This document shows, piece after piece, positions 50,535-62,077 of a stretch of 62,267 nt of DNA. The notes beneath the pieces are model-generated. The model had not been told where the DNA came from, made no database searches, and saw nothing but the letters and a program-made list of their open reading frames with translations. The stretch's first letter is position 1, and each line of letters starts with the position of its first letter. Position numbers and translations under genes: made by a program. The DNA comes from Chiloscyllium plagiosum (Eukaryota): NCBI RefSeq assembly GCF_004010195.1, contig NC_057716.1, forward strand, positions 104,808,822-104,871,088. The letters run 5' to 3'.

Positions 50535-51305
50535 CATATGGGAAACTTGCATTTATCAGTCAAGGCATTGATCAGAAGAGCAGGGTGGTTATGCCAGAAC
50601 CTGTGCAAACCTTTGGTTAGGCCACAGCTGGAGTACTGTATGCAGTTGTGGTGTCCAGAATATAGGAAGGATGTAATTGCGATGGAGTGGGTTCAAAGGA
50701 GATTCACCAGGAGGTTGCCTGGGATGGAACATTTCAGATACGAAGAGGCTGGATAAGCACAGGTTGTTCTCTTTATTGGAGAGAAGGTTGGTGGGGGGGA
50801 GCTTCCTGAGAGGGGTGTTAGGTGATTATGATGGGCAAGGACGGGATTAATTGAGAACAGCTGTTCCCCTTAGTCTAAGGGTCAGTAACAATGGGGCATC
50901 ATTTTAAAGTTGAGAATGTGTTGCTGGAAAAGCGCAGCAGTTCAGGCAGCATCCAAGGAGCAGGAGAATCAACGTTTCGGGCATGAGCCCTTCTTCAGGA
51001 ATGAGGAGGGTGTGCCAAGCAGGCTAAGATAAAAGGAGGGACTTGGGTAGGCGGAAGATGAGGCGCTCTTCCTCCAGCCATCGTGTTGCTATGGTCTGGC
51101 GATGGAGGAGTCAAAGGCAGGAGGTTTAGAAGGGATTTGAGGAAGTATTTTTCACCCAGAGAGTAGTGGGAGTCTGGAATGCACTGCCTGGGAGAGTAGT
51201 TGAGGTGGAAAACCTCAGAACCCTTAGAAAGTACTTGAATGAACTCTTGAGGTGTCATAACATTCAAGCCTCTGGGCCGAATGTGAGAAAGTGGGACTGG
51301 TGTAG
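50535..51305 (+). mobile_element. CR1 3' region with a nested Penelope fragment (about 50890-51110)
   Basis: LVRPQLEYCMQLW..VQRRFTRRLPG; VWNALPG. Confidence 0.8.
50967..51002 (-). ncRNA. Hammerhead motif, family A
   Basis: Reverse strand reads AUUC-CUGAAGA-A-GGGC-UCAU-GCCC-GAAA-CGUU-GAUU. Confidence 0.6.
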
Positions 51306-51319
51306 ATTTACCATATTGA

Positions 51320-51850
51320 CCCCTCCACCCTGGGAAAAAGCCTCATACTTGCCACTCTATCCATACCATTCACAATCTTATAAACTTCTACCAGGTCGCC
51401 CTGCAACCTCCTGTGTTCCAGTGAAAGAACCGCAGTCTACCCAACCTATCTTCATCGCTAAAATCCCCCAGACCAGGCAACATCCTGGTAAACCTTTTCT
51501 GTACCCTCTCCTGGTTGTGTGGTGACCAGAACTGTACACAATATTCCAAGTGTGGCCTCACTAAAGTTCTTTAAAGCTTCAGCATAACTAGTCTATCCTT
51601 ATACTCGATGCCCCTTCCAATGAAGGTCAGCATGCCATAGACCTTTTTTATCCCCTTATTTACCTGCACTGCCCCCTTCAGTGATCTGTGGGCCTGCACA
51701 CCCAGATCCCTCTGCAAATCAATACTACTGAGGGTTCTGCCATTTACTGTATAATTTCCACCTGTACTTGGCCGTTCAAAATGCATCACCTCATATTTGT
51801 CCCTATTAAACTCCTGCCATTTTTCTGCCCATGCCTCCAACTGATCTATA
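51320..51850 (-). mobile_element. CR1 fragment
   Basis: WAEKWQ..KYEVMHF..QRDLGVQ. Confidence 0.8.
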
Positions 51851-52899
51851 ATTTCATTATTTCCCTATTCTCTCAGGGTCCTATGTTCACCTGGGCCTTT
51901 CTCTTTCTTTGTATATATTTAAAGAAGCTCTTGTTCCCTGCTTTGATATTACTTGCAAGTACAGAGGAACCTGGAATATCCAAATGAGATGGGCGGGCAC
52001 TATTTCGTTCGGATAATTGATTATTTGGTTAACTGATTCAATGCCTCTCCTCTGGCGCTCTGAGTTTTCTGAAATTTCCTTTTTCCTCACTCTGCCTGCC
52101 TTGCTCTCTCTCTCTCTCTGTCTCGGGTGTGTTTCTGAGCAGAGACACGCTTGCATGTAAGGGACCTGCAGCATTGCTCAAGCCTCAACCCCGCCCACAT
52201 CAGTTCAATGGGATTGACTCAGTGAGCGCTTGCTAAGTCTGCTCCCCGTTCAGCAGCACAACACATGAGAGCCACGCCCCCCACCTCCCCGGTCCACCCT
52301 CCCCCACCCTGCGCCACCTGTCCACCCCTCCAAACCCATCCTTCTGCCCCCCCACTCTTGTTGCGAGGGTGCCAGTGGAGGCAAGATAGGGCCAAAAGGT
52401 GGCAGCAGCTTAGTGAAGGAAACTGGTGCCTGGTCACTAGGCCCATGATGAAGGGCTTTTGCCCGAAACGTTGATTTTGCTGCTCCTCGGATGCTGCCTG
52501 AACTACTGTGCTCTCCCAGCACCACTAATCCAGAATCATGATAAAGACTGGGTCGAGTGTGTGGTGCTGGAAAAACACAGCAGGTCAGGCAACATCCAGG
52601 AGCAGGAGAGTCGATGTTTCAGGCAAAAGCCCTTCATCAGGAATGGTGATGAGGACTGTAAAGGTGGACAACTTCCTTTATTCCTTCATTTTTCATTTTT
52701 TTATTCCATGTTTCGGTTTACTTTCCTGTGTTTTAAGATGGCACCAGAGAGTGGTGACATTATACAACACTTCTCACTGTAACTTGTAACAAGATGCACA
52801 TGACAATAAATAAATCAAATCATGGTCTAAGAGACTAATAGCACTTGGCCCTAATGTGGACTCTGATGTCCAGCATCTGCAGTCCTCACATTCGCCTCT

Positions 52900-53744
52900 G
52901 GGAGGCGGTGCTCAGGGAGGGTGTGATTGGTCCTCCAAGCCTCCTGAGGGCGATGCTCAGGGAAAGTGTGATGGGTCCTCCAGGCCTCCTGAGGGCGATC
53001 CTCAGGGAGGGTGTGATTGGTCCTCCAGGCCTCCTGAGGGCGATGCTCAGGGAAGGTGTGATGGGTCCTCCAGGCCTCCTGAGGGCGATGCTCAGGGAGG
53101 GTGTGATGCATTCTCCAGGCCTCCTGAGGGCGATGCTCAGGGAAGGTGTGATGCATTCTCCAGGCCTCCTGAGGGCGACGCTCAGGGAGGGTGTGATGCA
53201 TTCTCCAGGCCTCCTGAGGGCGATACTCAGGGAGGGTGTGATTGGTCCTCCAGGCCTCCTGAGGGCGATACTCAGGGAGGGTGTGATGGGTCCTCCAGGC
53301 CTCCTGAGGGCGATGCTCAGGGAAGGTGTGATGGGTCCTCCAGGCCTCCTGAGGGCGATGCTCAGAGAGTGTGTGATTGGTCTTCCAGGCCTCCTGAGGG
53401 CGATGCACAGGGAGGCTGTGATGGGTCCTCCAGGCCTCCTAATGGCGATGCTCAGGGAGGGTGTGATGCATTCTCCAGGACTCCTGAGGGCGATGCTCAG
53501 GGAGGGTGTGATGCATTCTCCAGGCCTCCTGAGGGCGATGCTCAGGGAGGGTGTGATTTATTCTCCAGGCCTCCTGAGGGCGATGCTCAGGGAGGGTGTG
53601 ATGCATTCTCCAGGCCTCCTGAGGGCGAAACTCAGGGAAGGTGTGATGGGTCCTCCAGGCCTCCTGAGGGCGATGCTCAGGGAGGGGGTGATGGGTCCGC
53701 CAGACCTCCTGAGGGCGATGTGATTGGTCCTCCGGGCCTCAGCG
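52900..53744. repeat. 45-bp GC-rich minisatellite, about 19 units, running into a gap
   Basis: Unit gagggcgatgctcagggagggtgtgatgggtcctccaggcctcct. Confidence 0.95.
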
Positions 53745-54554
53745 NNNNNNNNNNNNNNNNNNNNNNNNNNNNNNNNNNNNNNNNNNNNNNNNNNNNNNNN
53801 NNNNNNNNNNNNNNNNNNNNNNNNNNNNNNNNNNNNNNNNNNNNNNNNNNNNNNNNNNNNNNNNNNNNNNNNNNNNNNNNNNNNNNNNNNNNNNNNNNNN
53901 NNNNNNNNNNNNNNNNNNNNNNNNNNNNNNNNNNNNNNNNNNNNNNNNNNNNNNNNNNNNNNNNNNNNNNNNNNNNNNNNNNNNNNNNNNNNNNNNNNNN
54001 NNNNNNNNNNNNNNNNNNNNNNNNNNNNNNNNNNNNNNNNNNNNNNNNNNNNNNNNNNNNNNNNNNNNNNNNNNNNNNNNNNNNNNNNNNNNNNNNNNNN
54101 NNNNNNNNNNNNNNNNNNNNNNNNNNNNNNNNNNNNNNNNNNNNNNNNNNNNNNNNNNNNNNNNNNNNNNNNNNNNNNNNNNNNNNNNNNNNNNNNNNNN
54201 NNNNNNNNNNNNNNNNNNNNNNNNNNNNNNNNNNNNNNNNNNNNGGTTGATCAAAATCCTGGTTGTGGGAAGGATGTGAAGGCATCAAAAAGGGTGTAGA
54301 AGAGGGATTGCAGTAATGGGAATAGATTGTACAACAGAAGGCAGAGAAGACCAGCTTGAGGTTTGTAAAATTATGTGATTGGGACGGGCAATAATGCTGG
54401 CCTCTCAGCAAGACTCTCAGCTCTCGAGTGAATAGAAGGAATTAAGCCGCTATCTGTATAGGAACCATGTGCAGTGAAACTTGGCCTTGAAGCCAGCACA
54501 GGCACGATTGGCTGAATAGCTTTCTGTGCTGTAATAATTTTATAATTGTGTATT

Positions 54555-55290
54555 TGATTTGATTCTATTTATTATTGTTGCACTTACCTAAGTACAGTGA
54601 AAATTTTTGTTTTGCATGCACATCATAACATACAAAAACACAGACCATAGTGTGAATGAGTAGTGAGGAATACAAAGTTATAGCTGCAAAGAAGGTGCAC
54701 GAAAAGCAAGATCAACATTAGACATGAAATTTGAGAGGTCTATTCAGAAGTCTGATCAGTGGGGAAAAAGCTGTTCTTGAACCTGTTGGTACATGTGTTT
54801 AAGCGTTTGTATCTTCTGCCTGACACAAGAGGTTGGAAGAGATTATAATTGGGATGGGAGGGGTCTATGTTGGCTGCCTATCCATGGCAACTCCAAATGT
54901 AGATGGAGTCAGTAAATGGAAGGTTGGCTTGTGTGATGGTCTGGGCTGTGTTCTCAACTTTCTTTAGTTTCTTCTGGTACTGGGTTACAGCAGTTGCTAT
55001 ACCAAACCATGGCGCCTCCAAATAGAATGCTTACCATGGTGCATTTGTAAATGTAGGCGAGGTTCCTTATGGACATGCTGAATTTCCCCCTCCTGAGGAA
55101 GAGGAGGCATTGTTGTCGATGATCAGCTCTTTAGTTTTGCCAGTGTTGAGGAAGGGATTGTTATCTTTGCAACCATCACCAAGTGCTCTATCTCTTTCCT
55201 GTATCTGCCTCATCATGGTTTGATATCCGGCCTACAACGGTTGTGTCATCAGCGAATTTATAGATGGAGTTTGGATGAAATTTGGCTACA
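54555..55290 (-). mobile_element. Decayed non-LTR retrotransposon 3' end (L2/Rex-like; family uncertain)
   Basis: Antisense of RFKNSFFP-like coding sequence and a tail related to 52660-52825. Confidence 0.45.
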
Positions 55291-55529
55291 TGTTATTGTG
55301 TTGAAAAATGTGCTGCTGGAAAGTGTTCTTCAGGCTTATGCCCAAAACGTCGACTCTCCTGCTCCTCGGATGCTGCCTGGCCTGCTGTGTTTTTCCAGCA
55401 CCACATTTTTAAACTCTGGTCTCCAGCATCTGCAGTCCTCACTTTCTCCTACATGTTATTGTGTATTATTGGCACTCAAGCAATGCACTGAGAAAAAGAG
55501 GCTCTTGTTTGAATCCTTTGAATGTGTTA

Positions 55530-56325
55530 GGAGAAAATGAGGACTGCAGATGCTGGAGATCAGAGGCGAGTGTGTGGTGCTGGAAAAGCAAAACCGGTCA
55601 GGCAGCATCCGAGGAGCAGGAGAGTCGACGTTTCAGGGAAGAGCTCTTCATCAGGAATGACTCTTGTGAGCTGAGGAGGTGGAGAAATAAGAGGGTGGGT
55701 GGGGCTGGGGAGAAGGTGAGTGCAATAGGTAGATGGAGGTGGGGGGTAATGGTGATAGATCAGAGAGGAGGATGGAGTGGATAGGTGGGAAGGAAGATGG
55801 ACAGGTCATGAAGGCAGTGCCAAGTTGGAACGGCGAGGAGGGGGGAATGAGGAAACTGGTGAAGTTCACATTGATGCTGTGGATTGGAGGATCCCAAGGT
55901 GGAATATGAGGCATTCTTCCTCAAGGTGTTGGGTAGTTAGGGTGTGGCAATGGAGGAGGCCCAGGACCCGCATGTTCTTGGTGGAGTGAGAGGGGGAGTT
56001 GAAATGTTCAGCCACAGGGCAGTGGGGTTGGTTGTTGCGGTTGTCCTGGAGATGTTCCCTGAAGTGTTCTGCGAGTAGGCGTCCTGTCTCCGTGATGTAG
56101 AGGAGACCGCATCGGGAGCAATGGATACAGTAAATAATGCGTGGAAATGCAGATAAAACTCTGGAGGATGAGGAAGGCTCTTTGACGCCTTGGATGGATG
56201 TGGAGAGGAGAGTGGGTTCATGGGGGGGGGGCGGCGTGGACCTGGTAAGAGAGTCGTGGAGGGAATGGTCTTTACGGAAAGTGGATAGGGGTGGGGAGGG
56301 AAATATACCTCTGGTGTTGGGGTCT
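55530..56325 (-). mobile_element. Penelope-like element, 3' part with family A terminus
   Basis: Homologous to the adjacent + copy; hammerhead remnant at 55625-55658. Confidence 0.8.
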
Positions 56326-56334
56326 GTTTGTGGG

Positions 56335-56810
56335 TTCCCACCACCAAAGGAATATTTTCCTCCCCTCCCCTATCCACTTTCCATAAAGACCATTCCCTCC
56401 GTGACTCTCGTCAGGTCCACGCCCCACATCAACCCACCTTCCCCTGCCACCGGAGGAATTGCAAAACCTCCCCCCTCTCCGCCCCCCTCAGGCTGCAAAG
56501 GAGCCTGCCACATCCATCAGAGTTTTATCTGCACTTCCACACACGTCATTTACTGCATCCATCACGCCAGATGCGGTCTCCTCTACATCGCGGAGACAGG
56601 ACGCCTACTTGCAGAACGTTTCCGAGAACACCTGAGACACTCGCACCAACCAACCCCACCGCCCCGTGGCCGAACACTTCAACTCCCACTCCGCCAAGGA
56701 CATGCAAGTCCTGGGCCGTCTCCATCGCCACTCCTTAACCACCCACTGCCTGGAGGAAGAACACTTCACCTTCCGCCTTGGGACCCCCCAACCCCATGGT
56801 ATCAATGTGT
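56335..56810 (+). mobile_element. Penelope-like GIY-YIG fragment (inverted relative to the previous copy)
   Basis: FICTSTHVIYCIHHARCGLLYIAETGRLLAERFREHL is a VIY-YIG endonuclease motif. Confidence 0.85.
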
Positions 56811-57642
56811 GACTCCAGACCTACAGCAATGTGTGGATGACTTTTAACAGCCCTCAGAAATAGCCCACTCAGTTCATGGGCAGTTAGGAACAGGTGACAG
56901 ATGCTGGCCTTGCCATTGACACCCATTTTCTCATGACAGAATTTCTAAAACTCTTGCCTTTTCAGGCCTTGTGAATGCAATGCTGCAGATGTTTGTGAAA
57001 TTGACCCACTTCAATGAGGAAGTACCAGGGTGCAGCAGGAAAGTGGGTGCCAGGCACAAATGTAGATTTAGAGGAATTAGACTGTGTGTGAAACTGAGAT
57101 TGGGGGCACAATAAATACCACAGTCCCAAGGGTATAACCTCGAGCTAGCATGTGCTGTTTCTCAGCTGCTTGTCATCTTTACTATCCAAAACCTGAATTC
57201 ATTTGATTTAGATAATCATCTCCCCTGCCACCTCCGCAGGAAGCATTAATTGTAGAATGTGTGAGATGATGGCACACCTCTGGTACCACACATATGGGAG
57301 TTCTTGCAACTAAAGTTGCATTTATATAGCACCCCTCCTGCACGTCAGTGCAGAGTGTTCACATGAGTGGTTACTAAATTAAATTTTAGCACACAATAGA
57401 TCAGGTGACCAGATGTTTGGTCCAAGGGATTGGTTTTGAGAAGCCTCTTGAAAGGGGGGAGTGTGGGATTACAAACCTTGAACCCCATGGTGGTAACTGG
57501 ATGTGCAAGAGGCTGGAATTGGAACCTCAGTGATGAGGGTAGATTGAAGACGTTAGGGTTGTCCTCCTTGGAGACAAGGCGAGGGGTTTGATTGGATAGA
57601 GGTTTTCAATGTCATGAGCAGCAGCTGGATAGACTAGACAGG

Positions 57643-57768
57643 AGAAAGTGAGGACTGCAGAAGCTGGAGATCAGAGCTGAAATGTGTTGCTGGAAAAGCG
57701 CAGCAGGTCAGGCAGCATCCAGGGAACAGGAGAATCGACCTTTCGGGCTTGAGCCCTTCTTCAGGAAT
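57643..57768 (-). mobile_element. Single family A unit inserted in CR1
   Basis: TSD gactagacagg at 57632-57642 and 57769-57779; hammerhead core with one substitution. Confidence 0.75.
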
Positions 57769-59187
57769 GACTAGACAGGGACAAGCAGTTCCCACTTTTA
57801 AAAGGAAGAATAAAGAGAGGGGATCAGATGGAAGTGATGCAATGAAGCAAGGGTGATTTGAGAAAAACAGTTTCAGTGAGCAAGCAGTTAGGGTTTGGAA
57901 TGCTTTTCCTGGAAATGTGGTGCAGGCATTGAGGGATGACATTGGATGATTATTTGGATAGAAATGTTCAGGAATATGAGGAAAAAAGTGGATGATTGAC
58001 ACTTGGGAATGGAACCATTAAAGGCACCGTCAACTGAATGGCCTCACTCTATGCTGTCAAGATTAGAGTGGTGCTGGAAAAGCACAGGTCAGACTGCCTG
58101 CTCCTCGGATGCTGCCTGACCTGTGCTTTTTCAGCACCACTCTAACCTTGACTCTGATCTCCCCAGCATCTGCCGTCCTCACTTACGCCTAGTTCATTCT
58201 ATGCTGTAACAGTTGAGATTCTGTGGAAAAGTGCAGTGATCTCAAAGCATTGTAGGGACGAGGAAGACCAGTACATTTATCCAGGAGACATATGGGTTAA
58301 ACCCATTCCAAGTCCGTTCTTAAACGTTTTCTGTGATTGTTTAAAAAGCAGAACAAAATTGAGCGGTTCAGTCTTTTGTGTTTCTTGTGAGCTGTTGAAA
58401 GAGTCTGATTCCCCTCTCTGAGGGTTATGCTCGGGTCTTGGCACCACATTATAGAGGAAGTATGTGAAGGCATGGGGGAGAGTGCAGAATAGGTTTGTGA
58501 GAAATCTCAGTCATGGACATAGATTGGAGAAGCTGAGACTGTTCTCGGACAAGAGAAGGCAGCTGAGGGATATTTTCAAAATGGTGAGAGTAAATCGGGA
58601 GAAATGATTGAGAACTTGTACCCATACATGGCTGAGCTCACTGAGGCATTGGGAAGAAGTTCAATTTGTGGCTTATCCATGTTGCTGGAATTGTTCTATC
58701 TCTCAGGTAAACAAATGTTCAGCAGAGCCTGTGAATGGTTAGCAAGACCTGTATTGGTCCAGGTTGAAGTTTAACCATTTGTCCGACAAATTGGCCTTTT
58801 CTTTAGAGCCTGAAAGTGAGTGAGATTAAACTGGGCAGAGGTCTGCTTAGCGAATGTCTCAGTTCCAGTTCTATTGTGAAGGGATAATGGTGTGATTGTG
58901 GCTCTGGGGATGTGTCCCTTTCTGTCGCTTCTGGGGGTCTGTGCAAGGAATGAGTTTGTTCAACTGTTGGTGAAAATTTGTGAATGAAAACATTTAAAAA
59001 GAACAGCCAATTCACGCTCTTGGAGCCATACTGTAACAATTGTAGAACTTCCTTGCCTCGCTCTCACTTTATTTTGGATTTTTCAGGGACAGTTTGTGAC
59101 ACCTTTTCCCCTATGGCAGGGCTTTGCACAGTGCCAGGGCCAGTGATAATTCAAGTTAGCCGATTCAGGTGAGCTGTTGAAATTGGG

Positions 59188-59380
59188 AACAAAATCAGAA
59201 ATTGTTGGAATGGCTCAGCAGGGCAGGCAGCACCTGTGAAGAGAAATCAGAGTTAATGTTCCGGAAGGGTCACTGGACCTGAAAGCTTTGCTCGATTTCT
59301 CTCCTCAGATGCTGCGAGACCTGCTGAGCTTTTCCAACAACTTCTGTTTTTGTTTCTGATTTACAGCATCTGCAGCTCTT
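59188..59380. mobile_element. Older Penelope-terminus fold-back element (related remnants at 2915-3045 and 6570-6640)
   Basis: Inverted arms (ctcagcagggcaggcagcacctg / cagatgctgcgagacctgctgag); gggtcactggacctgaaa stem II-like remnant. Confidence 0.55.
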
Positions 59381-59768
59381 TCAGTATTTGTTGAAATTGG
59401 GATTCTGTGTTGTTCTGGTGTCTAGGATTTATGCTGCTGCCCCTCGTTCTGTGCAAAACTGTGGGAGTTAAAACTAGGAGGCCATTCAGCCCCTTGAACC
59501 TACTCTGCCATTCACACACCAAAATTTTCACCACCTTTGATTTTTTTTTGGAGAGAGGGGTTACTGGATGAAGCAGATACAGTGGAGCTATAGGCACAGC
59601 ATGAACAAATGGCTGGCACAGGATCGATGGGTTGAACGGCACAGGATCGATGGGTTGAGGGAGACTAGCGTGAGCGTGTCTGGTAACAAAATTGATTAGT
59701 GTAAGCAATTTGGGAGAAGGTTTGTGGATCAGGTTGTAAGTTTGCTTGCTGAGCTGGAAGGTTCGTTT

Positions 59769-59808
59769 TCAGATGTTTCTTCGCCATGCTAGGTAACATC
59801 TTCAGTGA
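59769..59808 (-). ncRNA. Degenerate hammerhead motif, family C
   Basis: Reverse strand reads UCA-CUGAAGA-U-GUUACC-UAGCAU-GGCGAA-GAAA-CAUC-UGA. Stem I is UCA/UGA; stem II is imperfect. Confidence 0.5.
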
Positions 59809-60905
59809 GCCTCCGGTGAGGCGCTGGTGAAATGTCCCCCTTGCTATTTGTGTGGATTCGTCTGTTGTGCTGGGTGATATCATTTCCAGTTTTTTTTCTG
59901 AAGTTGGTAAGGGGGGTAAAAGGGGTGAATGCCGTACTTCTCAGATGAAAGCCATGTGCTGTGAACGCTGGAAACTTGGACTAAAAGCAAAACGTGCTGG
60001 AAGTAATCAGTCTGGCAGCTTGTGTGAAAAGAGATGTGTTAGCGTCTCTGCTTGATGACCTTTTTAGCAAAAGTACTTCCAGGTGCAGTCAATGAACAAG
60101 GCGGCTGACCACACAGCAGATCTGGAAAAGAGCAGTGTGAAATCATGGGGTTGTTTCCGTGGTGTTCTGAAAAGATTGTTTCCCAGCACGTGGATTGCAC
60201 TCTTACTCCTGCTGCCGATTGTAATCCTCCTCTTTAAAATCGTGACCTTGAAATATTTTTTAGAATTAGGTTTGATTGCCATGTGTACTCCTGTACAGGG
60301 ATACAGGAGTACAGTAAATATTTTACAATGTCGTCATTCACTGTGCCACCTTAGGTACAAAATCTTTGGTTTAAAAAGTAGAAAAATAACGTTAAAAGTT
60401 CAACACATCAGTTCCTCTCAGTATGAAGTAATAAATGCGAAGTAAAGTTAAAACATTCGAGTGACAGTCCCCCTTTAGCCATGGGCCTGCAGTTGCACCA
60501 AGCTGGGCTTTCCCAATGTGGGGTCAATCCCTCGATTCCTGTACCTCCGTGGAGCCTCCTGGCTCACCCGCTGCCTCGTCACAGACAGCCAGAATCCCAC
60601 TCTGGCCCCTGGCTGCTTCAGCAATCCTACTGACCATCAGAGCTCTGCCCGGGCACACCAAGCCTGCCACCCGAGAGGATCTCTGTTTAACATCCCTCAG
60701 GTCTGACTGTGCAGTGCTCCTTGATACCACACCACAGTAATGGCAGCATTTAGCTCATTCCAGCCTGTACCGTCGTTTAACATGCTCGGGGCTGATCAAA
60801 CTCAGTCCTGTGTTGCCACTTCATTCCTTATACCTTTTGATTCCCTTAGCCCTAATAAATCCATCTATCTCCTTTTTGACAATGTTCAATATTTTGTCCT
60901 CAGTT

Positions 60906-61147
60906 ATGATTTGGAGGTGGTGGTATTGGACTGGGGTGGACAAAGTTAAAAATCACACAATACCAGGTTATAGTCCGACAGGTTTAATTGGAAGCACTAG
61001 CTTTCAGAGTGCTGCTCCTTCATCAGGTGGTTGTGCAGTATGCTCCACTTATACTCCACAACCACCTGATGAAGGAGCAACGCTCCAAAAGCTAGTGCTT
61101 CCAATTAAACCTGTCGGACTGTAACCTGGTGTTGTGTGATTTTTAAC
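60906..61147. mobile_element. Family B fold-back element with a hammerhead motif in each arm
   Basis: Inverted arms of about 100 bp; TSD tttgtcctcagtt at 60893-60905 and 61148-61160. Confidence 0.8.
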
Positions 61148-61871
61148 TTTGTCCTCAGTTGCTTTCTGTGGCAGAGAATCACCTTACTCACGTGATGTGA
61201 GGCATGTGCTGTTAGCCTATCTGTAAACAATGGCTGATTACTGTCCTGTGCTGACATGGACTGTGATCGGTTTTGATAAGGGGCAAGGGGTCTTTGAGCG
61301 GATACACTTTATTTATAAACAAGAAAACATTCCAGTGTGCTTCCTCCAGCTACCAGTGTGGAATGTGAAGATAACTTGGCTTTGTTCTGTTTCAATCATT
61401 CCACCGGCTGTGGAGGTGAGGATCAGCCTTTGATTGGACAGGTTAGTGTTAGTGATCACTGGGGAGGGGTGCTTGTCTCTGCAATGTACAATGGGGCCAT
61501 TAGCACTTGATAAGGCAGTGGCTGCAGCTTCACTGAGTTGTCATGCACAAAGTCTGCCCACACGCACACGCATCAAAGCTCGGGGGAAAACATCTGAGCA
61601 TGTATCCGGTGAAGATGTACAACCACTATTTCAAACTCTCCTGGCTTCTGTTCACTCAGAAGCCTCAGAAAGTAGCTTGGCTGGAAGAAACTGAGAGTGT
61701 CGAGAGGTATCCCAGTCAAAAGATTGGACCTCACAGAGCAGCCTATTCTGGAAGCCAGTATGCAGTTGTAAGTGTCTTTAACTTATGTTTGCTTGTAGTG
61801 TCTTTAGAGTTTTGTAGGCTGGTGTGGCCCAGAGCTGAGAGTTGTGGAGCACAATGTGCTGTAAATTCCTG

Positions 61872-62077
61872 ATTTGGAGATGCCGGTTTTGGACTGGGGT
61901 GGACAAAGTTTAAAAATCTCTCGACACCAGGTTATAGTCCAACAGGTTTAATTGGAAGCACTAGCTTTCGGAGCGCCGCTCCTTCATCAGGTGGTTGTGG
62001 AGTATGAGTGGAGCAGACTGCACGACCAGCACTCTGAAGGAGCAGCACTCTGAAAGCTGGCGTTGTGATTTTTAACT
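61872..62077. mobile_element. Family B element with truncated inverted arm
   Basis: TSD ctgtaaattcctg at 61859-61871 and 62078-62090. Confidence 0.78.
61959..61993 (-). ncRNA. Hammerhead motif, family B (intact core)
   Basis: Reverse strand reads CAC-CUGAUGA-A-GGAGC-GGC-GCUCC-GAAA-GCUA-GUG. Confidence 0.7.

Noticed and set aside
52845-53744. 15-aa repeat proteins (GPPGLLRAMLREGVM; collagen-like at first glance)
   Set aside because: By-product of a 45-bp minisatellite that is open in several frames; no Gly-X-Y periodicity or splice context.
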